A model generated the notes under the pieces. It did not search any database and was not told the DNA's origin. It saw only the letters and a list, made by a program, of their open reading frames with translations. From contig CM120645.1 in NCBI GenBank assembly GCA_051362555.1, positions 1,550,001 through 1,614,000 of the forward strand: 64,000 nucleotides of DNA, read 5' to 3'. Both the position numbers and the translations under genes were made by a program. Positions 29,793-41,736 of this stretch are shown here, one piece after another (position 1 is the first letter of the stretch; every line of letters starts with the position of its first letter). Source of the stretch: Lingula anatina. Taxonomy: Eukaryota > Animalia > Brachiopoda.

Positions 29793-32700
29793 AGACAAAG
29801 TCGGTTCTGTCACTGTTTCAGGTACTGTCTTCTATGTAGTAATAACCTACCCTGTTGTTGGCCAGTGGTGGCATACACATACTACACTAAAAACTCAAAC
29901 CAGTTTAAATAATAAGTTTGAATATTTTAAAGTTATATATAAAGAATTAAAAGATGTACTGGTATATTTCAATTCATATAATTTTACTTGATTTTTATTT
30001 CATGGTAAATATGTCTGCTGAAAAGAATCAACTGTGTATCTAACTTATGAAGTATGTTTGTGCATTATATTCTAGGTCTTTGCTACATGTGTTATCATAA
30101 CACAAACAGTTAAGGACAACTGAGCTTGTAGACCGCTTCATTAGAAATTTCTTACCCAGAATCAAAGGCATATAACACACATTCAGTTTCAAGTTTTGGC
30201 ATTTTAGGGGATGTTACTTGTGCCAGTTTTTTATGGTTTAGTTCCAGATTTATGTGTGTTTACAATGAAGTTGAAGTTAACCACCTACAGTGTAGCTTTA
30301 TGTGACTTTGTAACATACTGTGCTTCAATTTTCAAGACTTACATATTACACAGAACACTTGTACAACTAAAAGTACTTTAGTAAAATCAGGAAAACTTTG
30401 CGGTCCATTATGTTGTTCATGTTGCTTTGCAAGGGGGTGTGCCAGACAATTAAGCTGAGTACAACGACTGAGCCTGAGTGTGATACTCCGCTGAGATGGA
30501 TTGATCCTGCTACGGTAGTTTCTATTCTGAACACAGTAAGCCTTTGTTGTTGTAAAACATTTATTGATGTTATGTTTATTTTTCAGATTTTACTTCCTAG
30601 GCCTGGATGTGAACCTTGACCTGGACAATCTTACAGACAATAACAGAAGAGTCACCTGAAATTGCACAGGCAAATTCATCAGATTCAGATGTGAGCACCA
30701 ACTCTGTCTTTCTATCATGAAATTCTGGTAGCTACATCATGCATATTTGATTTCATTTTCAATAATTGTTTTTACTTGTGCAATATGTTTGATCAGTATA
30801 TCATTTAGTCATTGTTTTTATACAGCAAATAACATAAGTTTAAAATATGTTTAATACATTTTCTTTTGACAGCCTGTCCTGCCATCTTCAGGTAGACGCA
30901 GTAGTGGATATCCTGGCAAACCTTTATTGGACTTAGAGCCACCTTGGGACGATTCTAGGCTTGGCAATCTTAGGCTTGGCAATCTCAATCAGTTTTGTAG
31001 GAAAGGAGGATTGGCGCCATTGAATTGACAAATATTGAAAATTGACAGTTCAGTCACACTAAACTATAGTGGCATGTTGCTTCAAGTTACCACACTTATT
31101 CTAAGATTGCTGAATTATCATTACTGTAGGAGACTCTGGATCTCTCAACCAGAAGAAGAAACTTGGGGATCAATCAGTTATAAGATTAAAATCTGTGGAA
31201 CACTACCCATCACTGTTGTGTTCAGTATATGGAAAAGATGACCATGATATTGGAACCTTGGAGATTCATAACTTGATTTCACTCCTGTAAAAAGTAACTG
31301 CTTTGTTCTTTTACTGTCCAATTGATAATATGAAAATAAAGTACTCCTCCTGTCATTGTATGTTGCTTACTCTGTTTTAATTTTCTTTATAGAAAAAGAA
31401 TATAGATATCAAGATATCACATGTATTTTCAAAGCCTATGGATCATTTGAAAGGAAAAAGAATGGTTGAAAAATGCAATATAAATCATTTCAAGTGGATT
31501 AATTAGTGTTGCACTTGAGAAAACTGATAAAATGAGACAGTCATTCCCTTTTACCTTTAGAAAAATCCTTTGTTATTTTTTTCTCTATTGCTCCCTGAAA
31601 ATAAGGTGTATACACAATGCTGATGACATTGGATATGCACAGTAATAACTCATTAAGTTTGGGGGGGGAGGGGGTTGAATAACTTGTCACTAATAATTAA
31701 AATTTATTCAGAAGTTGTATGGCTCTGTTTGAAAAGAATATTATTTGAGAAATCCTGTATTACAGTTATCAAAATAAAAAAACCTGCAAAAATGGGCCAC
31801 TTGATTATTTTGAGGAATTAGGGTAACTGTATTTTGGGACAGAATTGATGGCAGCCATCTTGTATTTATAAAAATTGGATAGATTTGCCCTTATCAATGC
31901 ATAGTTTGAATTCCTGGCTGTGAGTCTTTGATTAAATTTGATTATTGGAAGGTATTATCTCAAAATGTACTGATATCTTGATTTCGGCCGTTTGGTTTTC
32001 TGCTAAAATTGCTAAAGTTTGAGGCACTTTTTCAATATCTTCTGTTGTGTTTAACACGCTTTTTAAATTTTGTTTGATGAGACCAATATATGCTTAGGAT
32101 CCCTATAAAATTTTATGGCTGTCAACCCTGCAAAAAGAGAGATATGAATGCTTGAACATTGCTTGGTAGAAAAATGAGTTTGGGGGGGTGGGGTTATAAA
32201 AATGGGCGTGGCTTGTAAGTTTGTGGGTTAAACTGAAATTTAGTAACATATTCTGAATGGCAAATGGCTGGTTTAAATAGGTAAATTTTCAATTAATTTT
32301 AAAAAGTCATCAGTTTTGACATATTTGCTTATGAAGTGGCTTTATTGACCGAAGCTGAAAATCAAGCCAAAAATGGCCAAAACATATAATATCATATTAT
32401 AATTATATCCAATGATTTCTTTTGGGATTGTTGCCTTCAATCTTAATATCTCCTATATATGTAACAATATTATGAATTTGGTTGAAATCTGTTGACCCCC
32501 ACCTTGCCACCCTCTGACTGGTCCTATCATGGACACACACTTAAGTATAAATAGTGCAGTTTAAGGTAAAGATTGTAAATATAGTGCTGTTTAAGATTGA
32601 TTGTTACAGTTTACCTATTACAAAGATTGCAATAAATTATGATTAATTTCAGTGTGTATGTGTGTGAGCAATTGATAAATGTAGTTAGAATTTTTTTATG

Positions 32701-34982
32701 ATATTCTTTTAAAAACTCTATTATTTATTCTAGGCTTGAATAGCATGAATGGGACCAGGATTATTCCTTTTGCCGTGCAATTATCATAACAAAAGCGCCC
32801 ATCATTTCCAAATGCTGTGTGGCAATGAACACCACAACCTCTGGGATACTTCTAAGGGATGAAAAATATGTGCTCTTGCTAATATAAATAGTTATTGGTT
32901 ATCAGTACATAGAAATGCAGTTTGTGAAATCAATTTAGGTTTTAACCACATGAAGTTAGTTAATGTGCAACTAAGTTAACAATACATTGTTTTATTTTTA
33001 CTGTGCAGGTTTTTTTATATATGTGTAGCTTATAGATAATATCTACTTATCAGAATACAGGTAAAACAAGTTTATTCAAATGCAAATATGGATTGATACC
33101 TGGTATCACTGAAAGAAAATTAACATGACATCTTTGGGAAAATTTATGAAATTATATTATTTGTAAAAATTCTGGTCTACTGTGTAAAGGGAAATTGTGT
33201 GTTAGATGGTTAAATATATATAAATGTGTACCAATCAAGTAAAGTAGCATTGAATTATCACCTACTGGGTAATTAATGTACAATGTAATGTAAAATAACT
33301 ATTTTGCAATGTACATGTCTCACTGGTAAAATATTTCAGGCTACTTGAATTTTATGTAAAATTAAAATAAAATATATAGCAATGTGATTAAATGTAAATT
33401 GTCTTTCATTTGTTATTTTTCATATTTAATGAAAGGAATACCCTCATCAGTTGGCCTCATGTAATAAAAAGGTTTATCTACAATGAAAAAAAATGTTAAA
33501 GTTCATTTGTATTAGCACCGTGGTAAGTGCCAAGAAAAAAATTATTTCATTGTCCCCAATACCCAGTTGCTCTATATAAGTAATACTGTGTGAAGGAAAA
33601 ACTAAAACGAGACTGAAGCTCATGAGAAAGCACTAAGTCAAAGCGAGGCTTATATGCGGATATCGTAAGTGAGAGTTTTCAGGCTGACATGGCCGTGAAT
33701 TGATTTGTGCCATTCACAGCTTAAGGCAAAGTTCTTTACATGCTTACATTGACAGAAAGCTGAATAAATTTTCCACAACTTGTAGTAATTTCAAGTTGTG
33801 CGGAGGCCTCTATAGGTACAAAAATCAAAATCAAAAACGAACTTCCGTAATAGCTTTAATAAAATTTCGATTTCAAACTCATTTTTCAACATTAAATATG
33901 CTGTAGATAAACTTTTGGGTCATCTCACATTATTCGAAATTTATTTCTCAATATGACAATGTACATATTGTTACCCCAAGTACGTTAATAGCCGAGATAA
34001 TACACCGTTTATGACACCCTATAAATCTAAAAAAATATTGCCCAATTCAAATTCTCGAACTTCCGGTTTGTTTAATAGCCACCTAGCGGCAGACCAGTGG
34101 CTCCCGGGCTGATATGCCCCTTCCATCCACATTACATTGCTGTGTATAAATTAATGACAAGCATTTATGCAGTAAAAAGATCCTTTTGTAAGACTTTCTC
34201 ACTGCATTGACCCCATTTTGATTTAATTGTAATGAGGAAAACTAATTATTTTCTTCGTATGCAGCTGAAGGAGTACAAGGTGATAGGGCGGCGTTACCCC
34301 ACGGACAAGGACAGGGTGCCTGCCTTGTATCAGATGAGGATCTTCGCCCCTGACAAACCCACAGCCAAATCCAGGTTCTGGTACTTTGCCAAGATGTTCA
34401 AGAAGATGAAGAAGACTAACGGAGAAATTGTCTGTTGTCAGATGGTAAGAGAGGACTTAAAAGAGCAGCACATGTGTGTTAATTTTAACTTTTATTCTCA
34501 ATGAAGTAAACTTAATTTACTTAAGACAAACTATCCACATGTGAAAATATCCCAAAGTGACATCAAAATAACTAAGTATCCTGCAAAACTATATACATTT
34601 CCAAGGTGAGAACTTTGAAACTATAAATTCCCTCATTGCCAAAGGGGGACTTTTTTCATGTAAATGAGCCAAATTTTAATCTAATCTGCACAAATATCCC
34701 AATGCCACTAATACGTATGGCAGTATTATGTGGTTTGAAGCAAGTGCAAAAAGAAATACAGATTGTCGCCTTTCTTGGCCCCTTTGATGCCACTGAAAGT
34801 GAAAACTTTTTGTAACACATTAATTTTCTAAGCTGATTGCGGGGAAAAGGAAGAAAGATACTTTAATTTATATTTGATATATTGAAAGATGGAAATGTTT
34901 ATGACTATATAAACAGGATTTTTTAAAGGTGTTGACTGAAATGCCAACTTGGGTGAAATATTATTTGCCTCTTTTACTAAAC

Positions 34983-35037
<55 letters not shown>

Positions 35038-36925
35038 TGTCAGGTCTATGAGAAGAAGCCAACTACCATCAAGAACTTTGGAATCTGGCTGAGATATGAC
35101 TCCAGAAGTGGCACCCACAACATGTACAGAGAATACAGAGATCTCACTGTGGCTGGGGCTGTCACACAGTGCTGTAAGTTTTATTATAACCCTGTATAAA
35201 CTTCATTATCACATGTACAGAGAATACAGAGATCTCACTGTGGCTGGGGCTGTCACACAGTGCTGTAAGTTTTATTATAACCCTGTATAGACTTCATTAT
35301 CACATGTACAGAGAATACAGAGATCTCACTGTGGCTGGGGCTGTCACACAGTGCTGTAAGTTTTATTATAACCCTGTATAAACTTCATTATCACATGTAC
35401 AGAGAATACAGAGATCTCACTGTGGCCGGGGCTGTCACACAGTGCTGTAAGTTTTATTATAACCCTGTACAGACTTCATTATCACATGTACAGAAAATAC
35501 AGAGATCTCACTGTGGCTGGGGCTGTCACACAGTGCTGTAAGTTTTATTATAACCCTGTACAGACTTCATTATCACATGTACAGAGAATACAGAGATCTC
35601 ACTGTGGCTGGGGCTGTCACACAGTGCTGTAAGTTTTATTATAACCCTGTATAAACTTCATTATCACATGTACAGAGAATACAGAGATCTCACTGTGGCC
35701 GGGGCTGTCACACAGTGCTGTAAGTTTTATTATAACCCTGTACAGACTTCATTATCACATGTACAGAGAATACAGAGATCTCACTGTGGCTGGGGCTGTC
35801 ACACAGTGCTGTAAGTTTTATTATAACCCTGTACAGACTTCATTATCACATGTACAGAGAATACAGAGATCTCACTGTGGCTGGGGCTGTCACACAGTGC
35901 TGTAAGTTTTATTATAAGGCCACACTTTTTTTTTTTTTATGGATGACATCCTCTGGGGACCCCAAAATCGGTGCGAGAGGGCGAAAAAAAAAAAAAAAAC
36001 AGTCCAAAAAAAAAAAAAACTGCTTAAGAAAAGTTATGTTTTCAGTACACAGCTGGAAACACTAATTTACCACAGAAACACGTATCAAACTAACAACATG
36101 TCTTTATCCATGCTCTCAAAATATTAAAGCATTGTGAATAGGGCCTACTTCGTAGAAAGGTAAAAAGTCATGAATATATATATGCTGCATATTACCAAAT
36201 CTATTTAAGGTTATTTCATGCATTCTGTTGGTATAGCAATCAATAAAACAAATATCAAATAAACAGCGTGTCTTTATTTGTACTCTCAGAAAATTTAAGC
36301 ATTGTGAACACTTCACAGAATTGTTAAAAAATGAAGCAAAGATAGGCCTATGCTTCCTACTACCAAATCTAAAAAAGGTAATTTCGGTCGATGCCATTTT
36401 GTCTACTTCGACTCACACGTAGCAGCCAACTATTGGGTGGCCTGTCCAACCTTCAGTCCACCAAATACCACGACACTCTTGTCGACCCTTTTTTCGCTAC
36501 AAAAAAAACCCTGGTAAGCCTATGTGCTGCTTTGGACAGAATGTCACTGAAATTTTCCGGGCGATGATCGCTGGCCGCGGCCAGCCTTTCGTATAATTGT
36601 AAAAAGGTGATATCTCCATGTCCAATATCAATGGCAAACCAATCCAAAACGACGGCCCCCGTTCTCTTTATGACTTTAATTGTCGTGTATTTTGAAATTA
36701 ATGCTAGAGATGAATTTTGACGGCAAAGCGGCCATATTTCCACGTGGTGATAATACGCATGCGCAGAAAGCTCATTTTCCGCACTCAGAACTACTAGGAT
36801 GTCTCCGCAGTCGACAATGACAGCATGGAGCTTGCGGAATTAGCCGAGGATTGCCGATTGCATTTTCCGGCAAATTCAATAACGACGTTTGCGACAACCG
36901 ACTTCCTTGGGGGGGGGGGGGGGGG

Positions 36926-36983
<58 letters not shown>

Positions 36984-39019
36984 AGAACGGACGAAAATCG
37001 GTGCGCGCGCAGGATGTCATCCATAAAATTAAAAAAGTGTGGCCTAACCCTCTATAGACTTCATTATCACATGTACAGAGAATACAGAGATCTCACTGTG
37101 GCTGGGGCTGTCACACAGTGCTGTAAGTTTTATTATAACCCTGTATAGACTTCATTATCACATGTACAGAGAATACAGAGATCTCACTGTGGCTGGGGCT
37201 GTCACACAGTGCTGTAAGTTTTATTATAACCCTGTATAGACTTCATTATCACATGTACAGAGAATACAGAGATCTCACTGTGGCTGGGGCTGTCACACAG
37301 TTCTGTAAGTTTTATTATAACCCTGTACAGACTTCATTATCACATGTACAGAAAATACAGAGATCTCACTGTGGCTGGGGCTGTCACACAGTGCTGTAAG
37401 TTTTATTATAACCCTGTACAGACTTCATTATCACATGTACAGAGAATACAGAGATCTCACTGTGGCTGGGGCTGTCACACAGTGCTGTAAGTTTTATTAT
37501 AACCCTGTATAAACTTCATTATCACATGTACAGAGAATACAGAGATCTCACTGTGGCTGGGGCTGTCACACAGTGCTGTAAGTTTTATTATAACCCTGTA
37601 CAGACTTCATTATCACATGTACAGAGAATACAGAGATCTCACTGTGGCTGGGGCTGTCACACAGTGCTGTAAGTTTTATTATAACCCTGTATAGACTTCA
37701 TTATCACATGTACAGAGAATACAGAGATCTCACTGTGGCTGGGGCTGTCACACAGTGCTGTAAGTTTAATTATAACCCTGTACAGACTTCATTTATCACG
37801 GTACCAAAAGGAGTGCAGCCAACCTCCCACCAAACCCTACCCAAACCACCTACCCCCAAACCACTGGAGTAAAAGATAATTTTGGTTTGAATCTTATGAT
37901 GGAGAGAGAGAGACGAGATAAAATGTCTCAAATTAACACATCTGAATTATGGTCCATAACTTGTACTTCAGCTAGTACTTGAACCCTAATAACATATGTT
38001 AACTTCCTCACAGCTGTTAGCCTGTTAGTTTTCAGTATGATTTTTCATACCTGTTCCAGTGATGAATTTGCCGTTAAATTCACCAATAACGAGTCCCAAA
38101 TGTGTTAATGTCACTTTTCCTACATGACATACAATTAAAAGACTTGGGGGGGGGGGGGGGGGGGGGATGAGATTTTTCCGACCATCAGCAGATTTCCCAA
38201 CTTTTTTTGGAAGCCATAAAGCCCCATCCCTGGTAGTTGCACTATCCCTTTCACACAGTTGCTTCACCCAGAGACTGTGGTTAGAAAAAGTGCATACAGT
38301 AATACAGCTTGTCGCCTTCCTTGAATCTTTGATTTCTTTGGAAGTGAATCAAGCAGTTACAAATATTTAGATAGATCATAAGAGGTCTGGTTTTATTTAA
38401 CATTCTAATGTGACAATTTTCCTCCTGTTTACATAGATTAAAGGAGGTCTGGATAAAGTATATATTACAGTGTTCTATGATGATTTCTGTCTTAGTTACA
38501 TTGGTTGTGGTAGATTTAGTTAATGAACATGAAAATCTTCATCTTTCAGATCGTGATATGGGAGCACGTCATCGCGCGCGTGCGCACTCCATCCAGATCA
38601 TTAGAGTACAGACAGTGGAGGCATCCAAGTGCAGAAGATCCAACATCAAGCAGTTTCATGTAAGTGATTTTATCTCATCTGCTTTCAGTAGTCCCAACTC
38701 TTTTAAGAAAACATTTGGAAGGTTAACTGTCAGAGAGAATTCAAGACCTCGATTCCTAAACCTCACATCAATACATTTACTTTACTCTGATTGGTCAAAA
38801 ACCATGGACTACATCATCAACTAATATCGTTTTGTGAAGATGTGGACCGTAGATATAGAGTATGATCAGACTACGTATTTCTGAATGTTATATTCAAAGC
38901 TAATAAATATATTCTTGTTTTTCCAGAACTCCACCATTAAGTTTCCTCTGCCCCACAGGGTGGTCAAGCAACTGCACAAGCCAAGATTCGCAACCGCGCG
39001 ACCAAACACGCACTATTAG
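24433..39019 (+). CDS. RPL18A: 60S ribosomal protein L18a (eL20), 176 aa; exons 24433-24450, 34265-34444, 35044-35173, 38550-38659, 38927-39019
   Basis: The spliced product reads MKARGE|[13 protein letters not shown]...[18 protein letters not shown]...|[43 protein letters not shown]|[17 protein letters not shown]...|[12 protein letters not shown]...RPNTHY*. Exon lengths 18+180+130+110+93 = 531 nt, all introns GT-AG, and AATAAA at ~39088. Confidence 0.98.
26696..29220. repeat. Three tandem ~0.9-1.2 kb units containing a Helentron/HINE-like repeat
   Basis: Units start agatgtgtctgtacatattgccatcacctgcgtctgtcgtcgccg at ~26696, ~27596 and ~28767. Each has a short cgtcgc-type microsatellite and a variable number of internal sub-repeats containing caggtcaagttcgaaaatcagcatg. 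The family assignment comes from pattern recall. Confidence 0.7.
29741..29788. repeat. (TA)n microsatellite
   Basis: Pure TA run. Confidence 0.95.
34685..34821 (+). ncRNA. SNORA68: H/ACA box snoRNA, SNORA68-like (RPL18A intron 2)
   Basis: TGCAC...CCCAA...GTGGTTT...GTGCA first hairpin, A-rich H-box hinge (AAAGAAA), TTGTCGCCTTT...AAAGTGAA second hairpin, then ACA at the 3' end. These motifs match vertebrate SNORA68 as I recall it, which is hosted in RPL18A. Confidence 0.8.
34986..35036. repeat. (TTA)n microsatellite just upstream of the RPL18A exon 3 acceptor
   Basis: Pure tatta/tta run ending ...ttattctgtcag|GTC. Confidence 0.95.
35119..37797 (+). repeat. 91-bp tandem array (17 copies) made of the last ~55 nt of RPL18A exon 3, its GTAAGT donor and the first ~36 nt of intron 3
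   Basis: Unit: cacatgtacagagaatacagagatctcactgtggctggggctgtcacacagtgct|gtaagttttattataaccctgta(t/c)a(a/g)acttcattat. Starts at 35119, 35210, 35301...35847 (9 copies) and 37068...37705 (8 copies). Confidence 0.97.
35918..37044. mobile_element. 1.1 kb non-autonomous DNA transposon (GGCC ends, TAA TSD; PIF/Harbinger- or Zator-type)
   Basis: TIR GGCCACAC(T)nATGGATGACATCCT / AGGATGTCATCCATAAAATTAAAAAAGTGTGGCC. TAA is duplicated at 35915-35917 and 37045-37047. It interrupts the 9th 91-bp unit, which resumes after the element. Confidence 0.88.
38236..38364 (+). ncRNA. SNORA68: Second SNORA68-like H/ACA snoRNA (RPL18A intron 3)
   Basis: TTGCAC...GTGGTTAG...GTGCA, hinge ACAGTAA, CTTGTCGCCTT...AAGTGAATCAAG, ACA at 38359-38361. 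Same motif order as the intron-2 copy. Confidence 0.72.
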
Positions 39020-39993
39020 CATGGACCTGCATTTCTGTCTGCAGATTTTGTAATTATAGTGAATCTGAAACGTACTGAGAAGAAAAAAATAAATGACTTT
39101 GAAGAATGCATTTGTTCATATGTTGTCTCTGAATAAAATTTGAAATGGACAAAATGGAATGAATGTCCAAAGAATCCAGATTTCCTTTCTTTGACGGTAG
39201 ATTAGTTGATAGGCGGCATAGTGTGCAAAAGAAGGTGGATTGCTACGTTTTGCTATCAAAATTGGCAAGCATCCCAATAGGCTTTGGTTGAGTTTAAAAC
39301 CACATCTGAAAGTACAGACTAGAGAAATTTTGCACAAAAGCTTGATGGAAGCTTCCTGAAACGCAGCCCTTTCCCCGACACATAAGACGCCAAATAATAT
39401 TTCAAGTTTCTAATACCACACTCTTCCAAGTAAGAAATTGGAATTTCTAACACAGTCATTCTCACAAAAACAATTGCTTTAATACAAAAGTCCTGTTTAC
39501 ATATGCGTTAGAAAGTGGCTACAGTACACCTACAACAAACTAGTCATTTTGGGAAAATGCTTATCAAAGCACTGTTCTCTGTAGGAAGCGGATTAAATTT
39601 ATGCTGTTATCAAATGAACTAAAATGACGTACACGGGATTGGCATGACATTTTATTCTATGTAAGGACCTCTTAAATTTTACTGGCACAGACTGAATTCC
39701 ATGAGTAAACCACTAGATGTGAAAAACCCTTCATACATTTTAATGTAAAATGTTTTAATGTTAAAACAAATTATTTTAATTCATGCGAAGACGTTTGTAT
39801 TTCACATATAGAACACTCAACCAGTCTGTGATGCTAAATTGGTGAAAATACAATTTAGTATCTCAAGAAATCGTGCACATGGTTATATAAAGCAATGTAC
39901 TAGTACTTTTTCCATTATTGATGCAGCTTTGCAGTGTTGTCTATAAAAAATCAATTGTACTGGTATTCAAAAACAAAGGTTGAAACTCTGATG

Positions 39994-41736
39994 TCAAGAA
40001 CAAAACACATCCCTGTAAACACTCTCATCCACGTATGAAATCTGTAAAAGTTTGATCAAGTTTATCACAGTGGCATTGCCGGATTCCTTTGACCGCCACG
40101 TGCTTAACATCCTGGCCGCCTGTAAACTCTGGTCAAACTGGCAATACATGCGGAAGTGGTCGATCTCTCCTCGCGAGAACCCCATCTGGGCAGCCAACAT
40201 TTCCCACTTGTTGCCAATATGATGCGCTATATGAAACAGCTCTGCTTCCGTCACGGGTCTTAACTTGACCTCATTTGGAAGGCGTTCAATCCAGTTAGTC
40301 GGAACTGTAATGAAGAAGAGGAATATTCAGTAATTTCAAACTGACAGCCGATATGAAATTGTTTAAAAGAGTTCAGGGGTACTGCTCAGTTCCTCGACTA
40401 AATAAATGAAGAACATGACAGTAAATAATTGAATAGAGAGAACAAATGTAGTGCTCAATTTGCTACTAAGGATGCCATCTTAATGCTCAGAAATTAAAAC
40501 AAAATTATATATATATAGTAACATACACGAAATACAAGTTATTTTCCTGTATCTCTTCCCTCATTTTCTTACCAGCATCAAAGGATTGTCTGGTTTCCTG
40601 CACTGGTCTCCTGGCATCCCCTGCCATAGGGTCAGAGGTCATCTGGTCTCCCCCAGGGTAGGGGGGTACCTGGTGGGGTGGGTGGGTGTACCCTGGCCCA
40701 CGTGTGCCTGGGTAACTAGAAATATGGGCGTTATTGGCAACAGCGCCACCTGGTGGTTGATTCGGACGTCTTTGCTGCTGCTGTTGGAGCTCATTTATTT
40801 TCTCGTAGATTTTCTCAATAACAAACCCATAGTCCTTCTCCAAAGAGCCCATGAATGCATCGAAGGCAGCAGGTCCACGAGTGGGAATGAAATCAAGCAA
40901 ACTTTCTATGCGCCGTAGCCGTGTTCTTTCTCCCATAATGTGATCCTTCATGTCATCAGTCATTATCCCCTCCTAGAATCAAAGAACAAGTGCCAGGATG
41001 TACACTTTTGCAGCATGCCCTCATCCTACCAGTATAACTGTCTCATTTTTAGGCACATGCACGAGGTGAGTAAGACGTTTTTCATAGCTCTTTCAAAAAA
41101 GCCATCAAAAGTAACAAAAACTATGAGATACTAAAATAAGGTTTGTGGTAACATCAGCTAAAAGTACGGAGAAGCAATACTAGTACACAATGTTCATTAT
41201 CAGCAGCAAGCTGGCAAAGAAAAAGCAAAATGACAAGAGAACAGTGGATATTTAAATCTAAATTCTAATCCCTCACCGGCAAATAATGACACAGCAAAGA
41301 AACTTTGCTATCTGATAAATTAGTTTGGAAAATTATTAACTAATTTTCTTATCTTTTTCTTTTTTAAACCTTCAAGCTATTAGAACAATGAGACCACAGC
41401 AAATTTTCACCACAGTGATGGCTGTGGCTCTCTTAATATTTGGATGGCATAAAGTTTCATGTAAAGAATTTAGAAAAAACATTAAATTATTAACTAAATT
41501 GCCAAACTGATTTATTTTAATAGTGGAGACGTTGTTCAAAGTCACCACACAAATTAATTTTAAGAATACTTAAACAGTTATATGGTGTGATTGTGTGTGG
41601 CGGTGGGGGGCATGAATATATGCAAAAGTGCCTAGTACTCTACCTGTATAAGATGATCCATCAAGTACTGCGGATCCAAGGTTTCACATAAAAATACTCT
41701 GCATTTGATGAGAGCATCTTTGTGTATCTTCTCCAT
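39994..41736 (-). CDS. CARD-linker-Death domain adaptor, RAIDD/CRADD-like, 267 aa; exons 41644-41736, 40573-40972, 39994-40304
   Basis: CARD: MEKIHKDALIKCRVFLCETLDPQYLMDHLIQ|EGIMTDDMKDHI...LLDFIPTRGPAAFDAFMGSL. It is followed by a Q/P/G-rich linker and a death domain, ELFHIAHHIGNKWEMLAAQMGFSRGEIDHF...AARMLSTWRSKESGNATVINLIKLL. Exon phases are consistent (93+400+311 = 804 nt). Confidence 0.88.

Larger units (their letters stand above)
25992..32540. mobile_element. Nested 6.5 kb TTAA-target DNA transposon (Sola3-like end GAG...), non-autonomous
   Basis: TTAA at 25988-25991 and 32541-32544. Imperfect ~60-bp TIRs: GAGCGCGTCCATGA...GGCAAGGTGGGGGTCAGCAGATTT versus the reverse complement of the right end, GTGTGTGTCCATGA...GGCAAGGTGGGGGTCAACAGATTT. 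Confidence 0.7.
24822..34111. mobile_element. 9.3 kb TIR DNA transposon in RPL18A intron 1 (CAG...CTG ends, 3-bp TSD; possibly Academ-like; no recognisable transposase)
   Basis: Perfect 18-bp TIR CAGCCCGGGAGCCACTGG (24822-24839) / CCAGTGGCTCCCGGGCTG (34094-34111). ATA is duplicated at 24819-24821 and 34112-34114. Confidence 0.85.

Noticed and set aside
35939-37148. Poly-Lys/Phe/Gly/Pro ORFs and a possible transposase in the 1.1 kb element
   Set aside because: They come from homopolymer runs; there is no DDE motif or long ORF.
35119-37797. CRISPR-like array
   Set aside because: Units are contiguous near-identical 91-mers with no unique spacers, derive from an RPL18A exon/intron junction, and there are no cas genes in this eukaryotic context.
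35210-37797. Mutually exclusive exon array (Dscam-like) producing RPL18A isoforms
   Set aside because: Copies lack the exon-3 acceptor and 5' half. The 91-bp period is not a multiple of 3, and the possible 65-nt pseudo-exon shifts frame.
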